DNA of 64,000 nt from Escherichia coli (GCF_003334385.1 NZ_QOWN01000016.1); one strand, 5' to 3'; counted from the first letter of the stretch, positions 23,028-35,635 are shown. Translations and numbers: made by a program. Notes: a model not told the origin generated them from the sequence alone.

Positions 23028-26000
23028 TTACTGCGCCTGCACGCGCAACTCAGCTGCGCTACGACTACGGTGACCCAGCAGTGCTTTTACATCACTGGAC
23101 TTCGGTTTAACCAGCGCAAATTTAGTGGCGAAGGTTGACCAGTTCGCCAGAATCTCTTCACCGCGCTGAGAGCCGGTATGCTGCACATGCTCGGTGATAA
23201 GACCACGCAGATGCTCTTCATGGATCGCCAGAGCGTCAACGCTTAAGACCTCGACCAGTTCCGGGTTAACGCGTTTGCGGAAATCGCCGCTTTCATCGAG
23301 AACGTAAGCGAAACCGCCGGTCATGCCCGCACCGAAGTTAACGCCGGTTTTACCCAGAATGCAGACGATACCACCCGTCATATATTCACAACCGTTGTCG
23401 CCAATGCCTTCTACCACGGTGATAGCACCGGAGTTACGCACGCCGAAACGTTCACCCGCGCGGCCTGCGGCATACAGACGACCACCGGTCGCGCCATACA
23501 GGCAGGTGTTGCCGATAATGCTTGCTTCATGGCTGCGGAAGGCGGAACCAACCGGAGGACGAATGGCGATTAAGCCGCCCGCCATGCCTTTACCGACATA
23601 GTCGTTGGCATCACCGGTCAGGTACAGTTCCACGCCGCCCGCGTTCCACACGCCGAAGCTCTGGCCTGCGGTGCCGTTGAAGTACGCTTTGATAGGATCG
23701 GCTGCCAGCCCCTGATCGCCGTGCGTCTGGGCGATATAGCCTGAAAGCGACGCGCCGACAGAACGGTCGGTGTTGCGAATATCGAACCAGAAGGTTTTGC
23801 TCTGGCGCTCATCGACAAACGGTTTCGCCTGTTGCAGCAACTGCGCGTTCAGCAGGCCGTTATCAAACGGCGGGTTGTTTTCGGTGCAGTAGAGTGCCTT
23901 ACCTGGATGCGGTTCGGCAGTCTCCAGCAGCTTCGACAGCGCCAGCTTCTGCTGTTTGGCGGTGAAACCGTCCAGCTCTTTCAGCAGGTCGGTGCGACCA
24001 ATCAGATCCACCAGACGTGTTACGCCAAGCTGTGCCATCAGCTCGCGGGTTTCACGGGCGATAAACTCAAAGTAATTCGTCACCTTGAATGGCAGGCCGT
24101 GATAGTGGTTCTTACGCAGTTTGTCATCCTGAGTTGCTACACCCGTTGCGCAGTTGTTCAGATGGCAAATACGTAGATATTTACAGCCGAGCGCCACCAT
24201 CGGGCCAGTGCCGAAGCCGAAGCTTTCTGCGCCGAGAATCGCCGCCTTGATGATATCGACACCCGTTTTCAGGCCGCCATCGACCTGCAAACGGATCTTG
24301 TGACGCAAGCCGTTAGCAACCAGCGCCTGCTGGGTTTCAACAAGCCCCAGCTCCCACGGACAGCCTGCGTATTTCACCGATGAAAGCGGACTTGCGCCGG
24401 TGCCGCCGTCATAGCCTGCGATGGTGATCAAGTCCGCATAAGCTTTTGCCACGCCAGTCGCGATGGTGCCTACTCCCGGTTCGGAAACCAGCTTCACGGA
24501 GATCATCGCTTTCGGGTTAACCTGCTTGAGGTCGAAAATGAGCTGCGCTAAGTCCTCGATAGAGTAGATATCGTGGTGCGGCGGCGGGGAGATCAGCGTC
24601 ACTCCGGGCACCGAATAGCGCAGTTTGGCGATGTAAGGCGTGACTTTATCACCCGGCAACTGACCGCCTTCGCCTGGCTTCGCGCCCTGGGCGACTTTAA
24701 TCTGAATGACGTCGGCATTGACCAGATACGCCGGAGTAACCCCAAAGCGACCGGAAGCCACCTGCTTGATGCGCGACACTTTGTTGGTGCCGTAGCGCGC
24801 CGGGTCTTCGCCGCCTTCACCGGAGTTCGAATTACCGCCGATGCTGTTCATCGCTTCCGCCAGCGCCTCGTGGGCTTCCGGGCTTAACGCGCCGATAGAC
24901 ATCGCGGCGGTATCAAAGCGTTTAAACAGTTCGCTTGCCGGTTCAACATCAGCAATGTTGACCGCGTTTTCACCCGGCGTAATTGCCAGCAGATCGCGCA
25001 GCGTGGTTGCCGGACGCTCATTAACCAGCTTCGCGTATTCCTGATAGTCGCTGTACTCGCCGCTTTGTACCGCTTGTTGCAGCGTGCGCACCACGTCCGG
25101 GTTGTAGGCGTGGTATTCGCCGCCGTGGACGTATTTCAGCAGACCGCCCTGGCTGATGGGCTTACGCGCCAGCCAGGCACGTTTCGACAGATTCAGCAGA
25201 TCCTGCTGGAAGTCTTCAAAGCTTGCTCCACCAATGCGGCTGACCGCCCCCTGGAAGCACAGGCCCACTACATCATCGTGTAGACCGACCGCTTCAAACA
25301 GTTTCGAGCAGCGGTAAGAGGCGATGGTGGAGATGCCCATTTTGGACATGATTTTGTACAAGCCTTTGTTGATGCCGTTACGGTAGTTGAGCATCACGGT
25401 ACGATAATCTTTGGCAATCGCATGGGTGTCTACCAGGCGGCCCAGCGTTTCATAGGCAAGGTATGGATAAATAGCCGTCGCGCCGAAGCCCAGCAACACG
25501 GCGAAGTGGTGCGGATCGCGGGCGCTGGCGGTTTCGACGATGATGTTGGCATCGCAACGCAGGCTTTGATCGACCAGACGGGTCTGGATCGCGCCAACCG
25601 CCATCGGGGCTGGAACCGGCAGGCGATCTTTAGCGATATTCCGGTCGGAGAGCACCAGCAGCACGGTGCCGCTACGTACCATTTTTTCGGCTTTGTCGCA
25701 CAGCTCTTTGACTGTCGCTTCGAGCGTGGTTTTAGTGACGTCAAAGGTGATATCCAGCGTATCTGCGCGGTAGTGCTCCTCTTTCATCGTCGTGAGCTGT
25801 TTGAAATCGGAGTAGAGCAGAATCGGCGATTTAAAGCTTAAACGGTGCGCCTGGCCCTCTGCTTCGCAAAAGACGTTCATTTCACGACCGATACTGGTGG
25901 CGAGCGACATAACATGCGCTTCACGCAGCGGGTCGATTGGCGGGTTAGTCACCTGGGCAAACTGCTGGCGGAAGTAGTCGTAAATAATGCGCGGCTGACT

Positions 26001-27488
26001 GGAGAGCACGGCGAATGGGGTATCATCGCCCATCGAACCGACCGCTTCCTGACCGTTTTCGCCCAGTACGCGAATTACGGAGTCCAGCTCTTCCGCGCTG
26101 TAGTTAAACTGTTTCTGGTAGCTGGCAAGCGTGTCGTCGTCCAGTTCGCGGCTACCCACTTCTTCATCGGGCAGATCTTCAAACGGTACCAGTCGGCGGA
26201 CGTTTTTCTCCATCCACTCTTTATATGGATGGCGGCTTTTCAGATCGTCATCGGTTTCTGCCGAGTGCAGAATACGCCCACTGCGGGTGTCGATAACCAT
26301 CAGTTCGCCTGGCCCGACGCGGCCTTTTTCGACCACTTCGTCAGGCTGGTAATCCCAGATACCGACTTCAGAGGCGCAGGTGATGAGCTTATCTTTGGTG
26401 ATGACGTAGCGCGCCGGACGCAGACCGTTACGGTCGAGGTTACAGGCGGCAAAACGACCGTCGGACATCACGATGCCCGCCGGGCCATCCCACGGCTCCA
26501 TATGCATGGAGTTAAAGTCAAAGAAGGCACGCAGTTCCGGGTCCATATCCGGGTTGTTCTGCCAGGCGGGTGGTACTAATAGACGCATGGCGCGGATGAT
26601 ATCCATCCCGCCTGCCAGCAGCAGTTCCAGCATGTTATCCATCGAACTGGAGTCAGAGCCGGTTTCGTTGACGAACGGTGCGGCGTCGTGCAGGTCAGGG
26701 ATAAGCGGTGTCTGGAATTTATAAGTACGCGCACGCGCCCATTGGCGGTTACCGGTGATGGTGTTGATTTCACCGTTATGCGCCAGATAGCGGAACGGTT
26801 GCGCCAGCGGCCAGCGCGGTACGGTGTTAGTGGAGAAGCGCTGGTGGAACAGGCAAATGGCCGATTCCAGACGCAGGTCCGCAAGATCCAGATAAAAGCG
26901 CGGCAGATCCGTCGGCATACACAGACCTTTATAGATGTTCACCAGATTCGACAGGCTACAGACGTAGAAGTCTTTGTCGGCTTCGAGACGCTTTTCAATG
27001 CGGCGGCGGGCGATAAACAGACGGCGCTCCATATCGCGTGGACGCCAGCCTGCCGGGGCGTTCACAAAAATTTGCTCAATGCGTGGCAGAGAGGAGAGGG
27101 CGATTTCACCCAGCACGCCTTCGTTAGTGGGGACATCACGCCAGCCCACAATCGACAAGGTTTCGCGTTGCAGTTCTTCTTCAACGATGCGGCGTGCGGC
27201 AGCGGCGAGTTCAGGATCTTTATTCAGGAAGAGCATCCCGACAGCGTAGTTTTTTGCTAAACGCCAGCCGCGCTCCTGCGCAACGATGCGAAAAAAGCGA
27301 TCCGGTTTTTGTAACAGCAAGCCGCAACCGTCGCCGGTTTTACCATCGGCGAGAATCGCGCCACGGTGCTGCATGCGGGCCAGTGCGTGTATTGCAGTAC
27401 GCACTACCTTGTGGCTAGGTTCGCCTTCTATGTGGGCGATCAGGCCGAAACCACAGTTATCCCTCTCAAGGGATTTATCGTACAACAT
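23028..27488 (-). CDS. gltB: glutamate synthase (NADPH) large subunit
   Basis: ORF extends to 27596, but GGAGG RBS plus ATG at 27488 gives [16 protein letters not shown]... with the Ntn-hydrolase Cys after a short propeptide; 1486 aa. Confidence 0.95.
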   Translation of the reverse strand: MLYDKSLERDNCGFGLIAHIEGEPSHKVVRTAIHALARMQHRGAILADGKTGDGCGLLLQKPDRFFRIVAQERGWRLAKNYAVGMLFLNKDPELAAAARRIVEEELQRETLSIVGWRDVPTNEGVLGEIALSSLPRIEQIFVNAPAGWRPRDMERRLFIARRRIEKRLEADKDFYVCSLSNLVNIYKGLCMPTDLPRFYLDLADLRLESAICLFHQRFSTNTVPRWPLAQPFRYLAHNGEINTITGNRQWARARTYKFQTPLIPDLHDAAPFVNETGSDSSSMDNMLELLLAGGMDIIRAMRLLVPPAWQNNPDMDPELRAFFDFNSMHMEPWDGPAGIVMSDGRFAACNLDRNGLRPARYVITKDKLITCASEVGIWDYQPDEVVEKGRVGPGELMVIDTRSGRILHSAETDDDLKSRHPYKEWMEKNVRRLVPFEDLPDEEVGSRELDDDTLASYQKQFNYSAEELDSVIRVLGENGQEAVGSMGDDTPFAVLSSQPRIIYDYFRQQFAQVTNPPIDPLREAHVMSLATSIGREMNVFCEAEGQAHRLSFKSPILLYSDFKQLTTMKEEHYRADTLDITFDVTKTTLEATVKELCDKAEKMVRSGTVLLVLSDRNIAKDRLPVPAPMAVGAIQTRLVDQSLRCDANIIVETASARDPHHFAVLLGFGATAIYPYLAYETLGRLVDTHAIAKDYRTVMLNYRNGINKGLYKIMSKMGISTIASYRCSKLFEAVGLHDDVVGLCFQGAVSRIGGASFEDFQQDLLNLSKRAWLARKPISQGGLLKYVHGGEYHAYNPDVVRTLQQAVQSGEYSDYQEYAKLVNERPATTLRDLLAITPGENAVNIADVEPASELFKRFDTAAMSIGALSPEAHEALAEAMNSIGGNSNSGEGGEDPARYGTNKVSRIKQVASGRFGVTPAYLVNADVIQIKVAQGAKPGEGGQLPGDKVTPYIAKLRYSVPGVTLISPPPHHDIYSIEDLAQLIFDLKQVNPKAMISVKLVSEPGVGTIATGVAKAYADLITIAGYDGGTGASPLSSVKYAGCPWELGLVETQQALVANGLRHKIRLQVDGGLKTGVDIIKAAILGAESFGFGTGPMVALGCKYLRICHLNNCATGVATQDDKLRKNHYHGLPFKVTNYFEFIARETRELMAQLGVTRLVDLIGRTDLLKELDGFTAKQQKLALSKLLETAEPHPGKALYCTENNPPFDNGLLNAQLLQQAKPFVDERQSKTFWFDIRNTDRSVGASLSGYIAQTHGDQGLAADPIKAYFNGTAGQSFGVWNAGGVELYLTGDANDYVGKGMAGGLIAIRPPVGSAFRSHEASIIGNTCLYGATGGRLYAAGRAGERFGVRNSGAITVVEGIGDNGCEYMTGGIVCILGKTGVNFGAGMTGGFAYVLDESGDFRKRVNPELVEVLSVDALAIHEEHLRGLITEHVQHTGSQRGEEILANWSTFATKFALVKPKSSDVKALLGHRSRSAAELRVQAQ

Positions 27489-28162
27489 ATCGTGAACCTC
27501 CCCCAGGCTCTGCGGGAACCCCACTTCCGAACCGCTGCGCACGGGCACAGAAAGAGCGTGGCGACGGGGTTTGCGTGTCATACGCGCGCCTCGCATTCGC
27601 CCCCTTGTTGTCCTTTTCGCATCGGTTAATACGGTGAAGAGGGGATCTCAATTACTGCATAAATATGATGAGCAGGCTGCTCATCCAGAAAGCTTCCAGC
27701 GGATTTCCAACTTATCGGGAAAGCTGATACAGGTCAAATGGCAAGCTTATTGGTACAGAAATGTGCTTTAGCGCAAAATTCTTTATTAAATGACTGAAAT
27801 TAAAATGGATTTTATCTTTAAGGCTAAAAGGGAAGTCGTTAGAGAAACAGTCAATTCCTGACTGTCATAAAGGTGTGTTAACCCTTATCCTGCCTTGAAC
27901 TGACGACAAAACCAGCATTTTATACTGCCTTAATTGGTAATGACGTTTCATGCTACTGTTTTTGCCTAAAATCCATCAGGAGATAAAAAAATCTGACACA
28001 AGATAAGCAAAAGTGATTTATGTGATTATGCATGAAATTTCGGTAATTTTGATTGATTATGCAGTTGATAAAAGCAGGCCGGGACGATTGATCCAGGTCA
28101 TCGCCGAATTGAGCTAAAAATGGCAGGCTTTGGCCTCTTTTCAAGGCGCGGTCTATCAGATT

Positions 28163-29092
28163 ATGCAGTTACAGAAATTAGTCAATATGTTTGGTGGTGA
28201 TCTCACCCGTCGTTATGGGCAAAAGGTGCATAAGCTGACGCTGCACGGCGGTTTTAGCTGCCCTAACCGTGACGGTACCATCGGGCGTGGTGGCTGCACA
28301 TTCTGTAATGTTGCCTCGTTTGCCGATGAAGCGCAGCAGCATCGTTCCATTGCCGAGCAACTGGCGCACCAGGCGAATTTAGTTAACCGCGCTAAACGCT
28401 ATCTGGCCTACTTTCAGGCGTATACCAGCACCTTTGCGGAAGTTCAGGTGCTGCGTTCTATGTATCAGCAGGCGGTGAGCCAGGCCAATATTGTCGGTTT
28501 GTGTGTGGGTACCCGCCCGGACTGCGTGCCGGATGCGGTGCTGGATCTGCTTTGCGAATATAAGGACCAGGGTTACGAAGTGTGGCTGGAGCTGGGGCTA
28601 CAAACCGCCCACGACAAAACACTGCATCGCATCAACCGCGGCCATGATTTTGCCTGTTATCAGCGTACAACCCAGCTGGCACGTCAGCGCGGGCTGAAGG
28701 TGTGTTCCCACTTAATTGTCGGCCTGCCTGGCGAAGGGCAGGCTGAATGTTTGCAAACGCTGGAGCGAGTGGTTGAAACCGGCGTGGACGGCATAAAGCT
28801 GCATCCGCTGCATATTGTGAAAGGCAGCATTATGGCGAAAGCCTGGGAAGCGGGGCGTTTGAACGGTATTGAACTGGAGGATTACACGCTCACTGCCGGA
28901 GAAATGATTCGCCATACGCCACCGGAAGTGATCTACCACCGCATTTCCGCCAGCGCCCGTCGCCCGACGCTGCTTGCTCCGCTGTGGTGCGAAAATCGAT
29001 GGACGGGAATGGTCGAGCTGGATCGCTATCTGAATGAACATGGCGTACAGGGATCGGCGCTGGGACGTCCGTGGCTACCTCCAACGGAGTAG
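28163..29092 (+). CDS. yhcC: radical SAM family protein YhcC
   Basis: ORF 28130..29092; start at MQLQKLVNMFGGDLTRRYGQ, 309 aa; cysteine motif CPNRDGTIGRGGCTFC. Confidence 0.85.
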   Translation: MQLQKLVNMFGGDLTRRYGQKVHKLTLHGGFSCPNRDGTIGRGGCTFCNVASFADEAQQHRSIAEQLAHQANLVNRAKRYLAYFQAYTSTFAEVQVLRSMYQQAVSQANIVGLCVGTRPDCVPDAVLDLLCEYKDQGYEVWLELGLQTAHDKTLHRINRGHDFACYQRTTQLARQRGLKVCSHLIVGLPGEGQAECLQTLERVVETGVDGIKLHPLHIVKGSIMAKAWEAGRLNGIELEDYTLTAGEMIRHTPPEVIYHRISASARRPTLLAPLWCENRWTGMVELDRYLNEHGVQGSALGRPWLPPTE

Positions 29093-29187
29093 GTCGTTGA
29101 GGGGAATTCCGCATTTCTCACACAATTTATAACGTAACTGTCAGAATTGGGTATTATTGGGGCAGGTTGTCGTGAAGGAATTCCCTA

Positions 29188-31524
29188 ATGAAGCAAATTC
29201 GTCTGCTGGCGCAGTATTATGTTGACCTGATGATGAAGTTAGGTCTGGTGCGCTTCTCAATGTTGCTGGCGCTGGCCCTCGTCGTTCTTGCCATTGTGGT
29301 ACAAATGGCGGTAACCATGGTGCTGCATGGTCAGGTCGAAAGCATTGATGTTATTCGTTCTATCTTCTTTGGTTTGCTGATTACGCCGTGGGCGGTCTAC
29401 TTTCTATCGGTGGTCGTCGAGCAACTGGAGGAGTCACGACAACGTCTGTCACGGCTGGTGCAAAAACTGGAGGAGATGCGCGAGCGCGATTTGAGCCTCA
29501 ACGTTCAGTTAAAAGATAATATTGCCCAGCTAAATCAGGAAATTGCCGTTCGTGAAAAAGCGGAAGCAGAACTGCAGGAAACCTTCGGCCAACTGAAAAT
29601 TGAAATCAAAGAGCGCGAAGAGACACAAATTCAGCTCGAGCAGCAATCCTCATTCTTACGTTCCTTCCTTGATGCTTCACCCGACCTGGTTTTTTATCGT
29701 AACGAAGATAAAGAGTTTTCCGGCTGTAACCGCGCGATGGAGCTGCTGACCGGAAAAAGCGAAAAACAACTGGTTCACCTGAAACCTGCTGATGTTTACT
29801 CACCGGAAGCCGCCGCAAAAGTCATTGAAACCGATGAAAAAGTGTTCCGTCATAATGTGTCACTGACCTATGAACAGTGGCTGGATTACCCGGACGGGCG
29901 CAAAGCCTGCTTTGAAATCCGTAAAGTGCCGTACTACGACCGCGTGGGTAAACGTCACGGTTTGATGGGCTTTGGTCGCGACATTACCGAGCGTAAGCGG
30001 TATCAGGATGCGCTTGAACGGGCCAGCCGCGACAAAACGACGTTTATCTCCACCATCAGTCACGAATTGCGTACACCGCTGAACGGTATCGTCGGTCTGA
30101 GCCGCATTCTGCTGGATACCGAACTCACCGCCGAGCAGGAAAAATATCTCAAGACCATCCATGTTTCGGCCGTCACGCTGGGGAATATCTTTAACGATAT
30201 TATCGACATGGATAAGATGGAACGGCGCAAGGTCCAGCTTGATAATCAACCGGTTGATTTCACCAGCTTCCTTGCCGATCTGGAAAATCTCTCCGCATTG
30301 CAGGCGCAACAAAAAGGATTGCGCTTTAACCTGGAGCCGACGCTGCCATTACCGCATCAGGTCATTACCGACGGGACGCGTTTACGGCAGATCCTGTGGA
30401 ACCTCATCAGTAACGCCGTCAAATTCACCCAGCAAGGCCAGGTTACCGTGCGCGTGCGCTACGATGAAGGCGATATGCTGCATTTTGAAGTGGAAGACTC
30501 TGGTATCGGCATTCCGCAGGATGAGCTGGATAAAATTTTCGCCATGTATTACCAGGTGAAAGACAGTCATGGCGGTAAACCTGCCACCGGCACCGGTATT
30601 GGTCTGGCCGTTTCTCGTCGTCTGGCGAAAAATATGGGCGGCGATATTACGGTTACCAGCGAACAGGGCAAAGGTTCAACCTTTACGTTGACGATCCACG
30701 CACCGTCGGTAGCAGAAGAGGTCGATGATGCGTTTGATGAAGACGATATGCCTTTACCGGCGCTGAATGTGCTGCTGGTGGAAGACATTGAACTGAACGT
30801 GATTGTTGCGCGTTCTGTGCTGGAAAAATTAGGTAACAGCGTTGATGTCGCCATGACCGGCAAGGCGGCGCTGGAGATGTTTAAACCGGGCGAATACGAC
30901 CTGGTGTTGCTGGATATTCAGTTGCCAGATATGACCGGGCTGGATATCTCTCGTGAACTGACGAAACGTTATCCGCGCGAGGATTTACCGCCGCTGGTGG
31001 CCTTAACCGCTAACGTGCTGAAAGACAAACAAGAGTACCTCAATGCTGGAATGGATGATGTGCTGAGTAAGCCGCTTTCTGTTCCGGCGCTAACCGCGAT
31101 GATCAAGAAATTCTGGGATACCCAGGATGATGAGGAGAGTACGGTGACGACAGAAGAGAACAGTAAATCAGAAGCATTGCTCGATATTCCCATGCTGGAA
31201 CAGTATCTCGAACTTGTAGGACCGAAGCTGATCACCGACGGGTTAGCGGTGTTTGAGAAGATGATGCCGGGCTATGTCAGCGTGCTGGAGTCGAATCTGA
31301 CGGCGCAGGATAAAAAAGGCATTGTTGAGGAAGGACATAAAATTAAAGGTGCGGCGGGGTCAGTGGGGTTACGCCATCTGCAACAGCTGGGTCAGCAAAT
31401 TCAGTCTCCTGACCTTCCGGCCTGGGAAGATAACGTCGGTGAATGGATTGAAGAGATGAAAGAAGAGTGGCGTCACGACGTAGAAGTGCTGAAAGCGTGG
31501 GTGGCAAAAGCCACTAAAAAATGA
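29188..31524 (+). CDS. arcB: aerobic respiration control sensor histidine kinase ArcB
   Basis: 778-aa ORF; TM-PAS-HisKA-HATPase-receiver-HPt architecture. Confidence 0.95.
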   Translation: MKQIRLLAQYYVDLMMKLGLVRFSMLLALALVVLAIVVQMAVTMVLHGQVESIDVIRSIFFGLLITPWAVYFLSVVVEQLEESRQRLSRLVQKLEEMRERDLSLNVQLKDNIAQLNQEIAVREKAEAELQETFGQLKIEIKEREETQIQLEQQSSFLRSFLDASPDLVFYRNEDKEFSGCNRAMELLTGKSEKQLVHLKPADVYSPEAAAKVIETDEKVFRHNVSLTYEQWLDYPDGRKACFEIRKVPYYDRVGKRHGLMGFGRDITERKRYQDALERASRDKTTFISTISHELRTPLNGIVGLSRILLDTELTAEQEKYLKTIHVSAVTLGNIFNDIIDMDKMERRKVQLDNQPVDFTSFLADLENLSALQAQQKGLRFNLEPTLPLPHQVITDGTRLRQILWNLISNAVKFTQQGQVTVRVRYDEGDMLHFEVEDSGIGIPQDELDKIFAMYYQVKDSHGGKPATGTGIGLAVSRRLAKNMGGDITVTSEQGKGSTFTLTIHAPSVAEEVDDAFDEDDMPLPALNVLLVEDIELNVIVARSVLEKLGNSVDVAMTGKAALEMFKPGEYDLVLLDIQLPDMTGLDISRELTKRYPREDLPPLVALTANVLKDKQEYLNAGMDDVLSKPLSVPALTAMIKKFWDTQDDEESTVTTEENSKSEALLDIPMLEQYLELVGPKLITDGLAVFEKMMPGYVSVLESNLTAQDKKGIVEEGHKIKGAAGSVGLRHLQQLGQQIQSPDLPAWEDNVGEWIEEMKEEWRHDVEVLKAWVAKATKK

Positions 31525-31636
31525 CCCCGGCTAGACCGGGGTGCGCGAATACTGCGCCAACACCAGGGAAATCTTGGCTGCGCCGTAAATTATTATGATG
31601 AGTTACAAGGGCACAGCACTGTTTTTCAGGCCGCAC
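31516..31636 (-). ncRNA. arcZ: ArcZ small RNA (Hfq-dependent), convergent with arcB
   Basis: Minus strand reads GTGCGGCCTGAAAAACAGTGCTGTGCCC...GCGCACCCCGGTCTAGCCGGGGTCATTTTTT, matching the ArcZ sequence I recall (121 nt); T-run overlaps the arcB stop codon. Confidence 0.85.
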
Positions 31637-31753
31637 GCAGTTAAGATAGCAAAACTTAAATGATTTGTTACATGAATCAGTTAAATGTGTGATGCGTACC
31701 ATTTTTATTAAAAAAATTAATGTGTTTCAGTCAATTGCGAAAGGATGATCACA

Positions 31754-32407
31754 ATGAAGAAAATTGGCGTAATTCTGAGCGGATGCGGCGTCTATGACGG
31801 TTCTGAAATTCATGAAGCGGTGTTGACGTTGTTAGCTATTTCACGCAGCGGTGCGCAGGCGGTCTGCTTTGCACCGGATAAGCAGCAGGTTGATGTTATC
31901 AACCATTTAACTGGCGAAGCGATGACGGAAACGCGCAATGTGCTGATTGAAGCGGCACGAATAACGCGCGGTGAAATCCGTCCTCTGGCCCAGGCCGATG
32001 CCGCTGAACTGGATGCGTTGATTGTGCCGGGGGGGTTTGGCGCGGCGAAGAATTTAAGCAATTTTGCCAGTCTTGGTAGCGAATGCACCGTTGACCGTGA
32101 ATTAAAGGCGCTGGCACAAGCGATGCATCAGGCCGGAAAACCGCTTGGTTTTATGTGTATTGCCCCGGCGATGCTGCCGAAAATTTTCGATTTCCCGCTG
32201 CGTTTGACCATCGGTACTGATATCGATACCGCAGAAGTGCTGGAAGAGATGGGCGCGGAGCATGTGCCGTGTCCTGTCGATGATATCGTGGTTGATGAAG
32301 ACAATAAGATTGTCACCACCCCAGCATATATGCTGGCGCAGAACATTGCAGAAGCGGCGAGCGGCATTGATAAGCTGGTTTCCCGCGTGCTGGTTCTGGC
32401 TGAATGA
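31754..32407 (+). CDS. elbB: DJ-1/PfpI-family protein ElbB
   Basis: ORF 31745..32407; start at [22 protein letters not shown], 217 aa. Confidence 0.85.
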   Translation: MKKIGVILSGCGVYDGSEIHEAVLTLLAISRSGAQAVCFAPDKQQVDVINHLTGEAMTETRNVLIEAARITRGEIRPLAQADAAELDALIVPGGFGAAKNLSNFASLGSECTVDRELKALAQAMHQAGKPLGFMCIAPAMLPKIFDFPLRLTIGTDIDTAEVLEEMGAEHVPCPVDDIVVDEDNKIVTTPAYMLAQNIAEAASGIDKLVSRVLVLAE

Positions 32408-33132
32408 GTAAAAGCCGCTTAACGGTGTTTAGTTTCGTTCGCCGTTTTCTTTTGCGGTTAATGGTTGTCCTCGCCGTTTTCTGGGGCGGGGGCATCGCGT
32501 TGTTTAGCGTTGCGCCTGTTCCCTTCTCAGCGGTAATGGTCGAGCGACAGGTCAGCGCCTGGCTGCATGGCAATTTTCGTTACGTGGCACATTCTGACTG
32601 GGTCAGTATGGATCAAATCTCGCCGTGGATGGGACTGGCGGTGATTGCCGCAGAAGATCAGAAATTTCCTGAGCACTGGGGCTTTGATGTCGCTTCCATT
32701 GAGAAAGCCCTGGCGCACAACGAGCGCAATGAAAACCGTATTCGCGGTGCTTCAACGATTTCTCAACAGACAGCCAAAAATCTCTTTTTATGGGATGGGC
32801 GTAGCTGGGTTCGAAAAGGGCTGGAAGCCGGATTAACGCTGGGGATAGAAACGGTCTGGAGCAAAAAGCGTATCCTGACGGTTTACCTGAATATCGCCGA
32901 ATTTGGCGACGGTGTGTTTGGCGTCGAAGCTGCGGCACAACGTTATTTCCACAAACCCGCGAGCAAACTTACCCGGTCGGAAGCTGCATTACTGGCAGCT
33001 GTATTACCTAATCCACTTCGTTTCAAAGTCTCCTCGCCATCGGGCTACGTGCGTAGCCGTCAGGCGTGGATTTTACGGCAGATGTATCAGTTAGGCGGTG
33101 AGCCGTTTATGCAACAACACCAGCTGGATTAA
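32404..33132 (+). CDS. mtgA: monofunctional peptidoglycan glycosyltransferase
   Basis: 242-aa ORF; N-terminal TM helix and GT51 transglycosylase motifs. Confidence 0.9.
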   Translation: MSKSRLTVFSFVRRFLLRLMVVLAVFWGGGIALFSVAPVPFSAVMVERQVSAWLHGNFRYVAHSDWVSMDQISPWMGLAVIAAEDQKFPEHWGFDVASIEKALAHNERNENRIRGASTISQQTAKNLFLWDGRSWVRKGLEAGLTLGIETVWSKKRILTVYLNIAEFGDGVFGVEAAAQRYFHKPASKLTRSEAALLAAVLPNPLRFKVSSPSGYVRSRQAWILRQMYQLGGEPFMQQHQLD

Positions 33133-33761
33133 GCTTCGCGCGAAGTGAGGGCCAGCGTTTTGCTCTCACGAGGTTGCAGATCTTTCTGCAGGGCAATAGC
33201 CAGCGCCGGTTGGGCGATAAATCGTTTCCATAACCGCTCTTGCTTACGCAGACAACACCACTTCGACCAGGTCGCCAGTGGAATCAATGTGCTTTCACCA
33301 ATGTTGTCGCAGACGACCGGGATAACCTCTGACTCACTGATGCGGTGACAGAGGATATTCTGCGGCTTCAGCGACATCGTCACGATACGGTTATCCTGCA
33401 AATAACGCTTCAGCTGTTTCAGTAGCTGGCGCAGTTGTGCAATGTCTTCTTCGTAACGGCATTGTTCAGCAAATTCGGTCAGCGTAATGGAAGGCTTGCC
33501 GTCAAAATCTGCAATCACATCGTAGACATAACCGGTTCCGCAATCCGTCTCAACGGTACCGTGATAGCGCGGTATTCCACTCCAGTCTTTTAACCGGCGA
33601 CCAAGATGCGCGTAGTACTTTAACTCACGGCGGATCTCTTTATCGCCACCATCGCCACGATGGTAGACAATCTTGATACAGCGTTGGGCATCTTCCGGAT
33701 GCGCATAACATTTCCGATGTCTTCCGGTGCCCAGGGGACTTTGTTCAGATAAGCGAATCAT
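33129..33761 (-). CDS. yrbL: YrbL (PhoP-regulon protein of unknown function)
   Basis: ORF 33129..33818; start at [22 protein letters not shown], 210 aa; 4-bp convergent overlap with mtgA. Confidence 0.8.
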   Translation of the reverse strand: MIRLSEQSPLGTGRHRKCYAHPEDAQRCIKIVYHRGDGGDKEIRRELKYYAHLGRRLKDWSGIPRYHGTVETDCGTGYVYDVIADFDGKPSITLTEFAEQCRYEEDIAQLRQLLKQLKRYLQDNRIVTMSLKPQNILCHRISESEVIPVVCDNIGESTLIPLATWSKWCCLRKQERLWKRFIAQPALAIALQKDLQPRESKTLALTSREA

Positions 33762-33974
33762 GCCATCTCCTGGAAATATTTTCTGACGATCTCCAGTATG
33801 GTCGATTAACTTAAACAAAACCTAAACAATGCCTCTTAAGGTTTTCTTAAGGTTCTTCTGAAAGTGAAAAGCGCACAAAATGTACAAATGACGTTGATTG
33901 AGAACGATTTCAGTACGTGATTTTCTTATTGTCGGGGGGAGTTTGAAGGGAGTTGTATGTCAAAGTGATGAAGA

Positions 33975-34247
33975 TTAATCTTCATCAAAACCAGAATTAA
34001 AGAGGGCGATAACGGCGGCCAGTGCTTCCTCTTCCTGTGGACCGGTCGCTTCAACTTCAATCTGCCGTCCTTTGGCAGAATCCAACATCAGCAGCGCAAT
34101 AACGCTGTTGGCTTCAGCCTCGGTGCCTTCGTCATTACGTAAGAGCACTTCAGCGTCAAAACCCTGCATTAATTCAAACAGCTTCATTGCAGGCCGGGCA
34201 TGCATGCCCAGCTTGTTTGTGATTTCAACAGTTTGCTTGACGGTCAT
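33975..34247 (-). CDS. npr: nitrogen-related phosphocarrier protein NPr
   Basis: 90-aa HPr-like ORF; last gene of the rpoN operon. Confidence 0.9.
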
Positions 34248-35098
34248 GGTTTACGTTTTTCCAGCGTACGATGGCGTGACTGGACGTTTTTACCGCGCGA
34301 GCGGAAGTAGTCTGCCAGTTGCTCTGCAATATACACCGAACGGTGCTTCCCGCCGGTACAACCAATGGCGACCGTCAAGTAGCTACGGTTGTTGGTTTCC
34401 AGCATAGGTAACCATAGCTCAAGATAGCTTCGCGTCTGGTAGATAAAATTGTGTACTTCTGTGTGGCGGTCGAGGAACGCGGCGACAGGTTTATCAAGAC
34501 CTGTCATTGGACGCAGTTTCGGATCCCAGTGCGGGTTCGGCAAGAAGCGCACGTCAAAGACGTAATCTGCATCGATAGGGATACCGTGTTTGAAGCCGAA
34601 AGACTCAAAGACCATGGTCAGTTCGCGTTCACGTTTACCCAGCAGACGGGTACGCAGCATTTCAGCCAGCTCGTGAACGGACATTTCTGAGGTATCGACA
34701 ATCAGATCCGCTCGCGAACGCAGAGGCTCCAGCAAATCGCTTTCTTTGTCGATAGCACTTTCCAGCGACAGGTTTTTGCTGGAAAGCGGATGCAGTCGGC
34801 GCGTGTCACTGTAACGACGAATTAAGGTATTACGGTCGGCATCCAGGAACAGGAGTTGCGGTGAGAAAGCGTCAGGCAGGTTACTCATCGCCTGTTCGAA
34901 TATTTCTGGTGACTCCGGCATATTACGAACATCAATGCTGACGGCGGCAGAAATCTCGCGATCGGCCAGGGTTCGAGCCAGATCGGGTAACAACACTACG
35001 GGAAGGTTATCCACGCAGTAAAAACCCATATCTTCCAGCGCACGCAGGGCGACAGATTTACCTGAACCTGAACGTCCGCTGACGATCATCAGTACCAT
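34244..35098 (-). CDS. rapZ: RNase adaptor protein RapZ (P-loop NTPase)
   Basis: 284-aa ORF; Walker A GRSGSGKS; ATGA overlap with npr. Confidence 0.93.
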
Positions 35099-35143
35099 GT
35101 ACTGTTTCTCCTCACAACGTCTAAAAGAGACATTACCGAATAA

Positions 35144-35635
35144 CTACGCTTCATCCGGAGTACCTTCGGTATCCGTAATGATTTGATACAGCTCTTCATC
35201 GCTCTGGGCTGCGCGTAAACGGCGGCAGATGGTTTTGTCCGCCAGACGTTTCGCCACCAGCGACAGAGTATGCAGGTGCGTTTTAGTTTGGTCTGCCGGC
35301 ACCAGCAGGGCAAAAAGTAAGTCCACCGGTTGGTTGTCGATGGCATCGAAAGCTATAGGCGTTTCGAGCTGAACGAAAACGCCAACGGCGCGCAGAGTAT
35401 CTTCTTCCAGTTTGCCATGCGGAATGGCAATACCATTGCCGATACCGGTACTGCCCATTTTTTCCCGCGTCAGGATAGCTTCAAAAACCACCTGAGGCGG
35501 CAGGCTAAGTTGTTTCGCCGCCAGCTCGCTGATGATTTCCAGGGCGCGTTTTTTGCTCTGACAGTGGACGCGGCTTCGCGTACATTCCCTGTTAAGAACA
35601 CTGCTAAGCTGTAGAGTTGTATCATTATTTGTCAT
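35144..35635 (-). CDS. ptsN: nitrogen PTS enzyme IIA-Ntr
   Basis: ORF 35144..35659; start at MTNNDTTLQLSSVL, 163 aa. Confidence 0.9.
   Translation of the reverse strand: MTNNDTTLQLSSVLNRECTRSRVHCQSKKRALEIISELAAKQLSLPPQVVFEAILTREKMGSTGIGNGIAIPHGKLEEDTLRAVGVFVQLETPIAFDAIDNQPVDLLFALLVPADQTKTHLHTLSLVAKRLADKTICRRLRAAQSDEELYQIITDTEGTPDEA

Noticed and set aside
25845-27260. Several 190-244-aa plus-strand ORFs
   Set aside because: All antisense to gltB (for example 25845..26579 and 26688..27260); a 4.5-kb GC-rich gene produces many spurious open frames.
27489-27596. 36-codon upstream extension of gltB in the longest ORF
   Set aside because: The downstream ATG at 27488 has a GGAGG RBS and yields the known N-terminus [12 protein letters not shown] with the Ntn-hydrolase cysteine; the extension is Arg-rich and unsupported.
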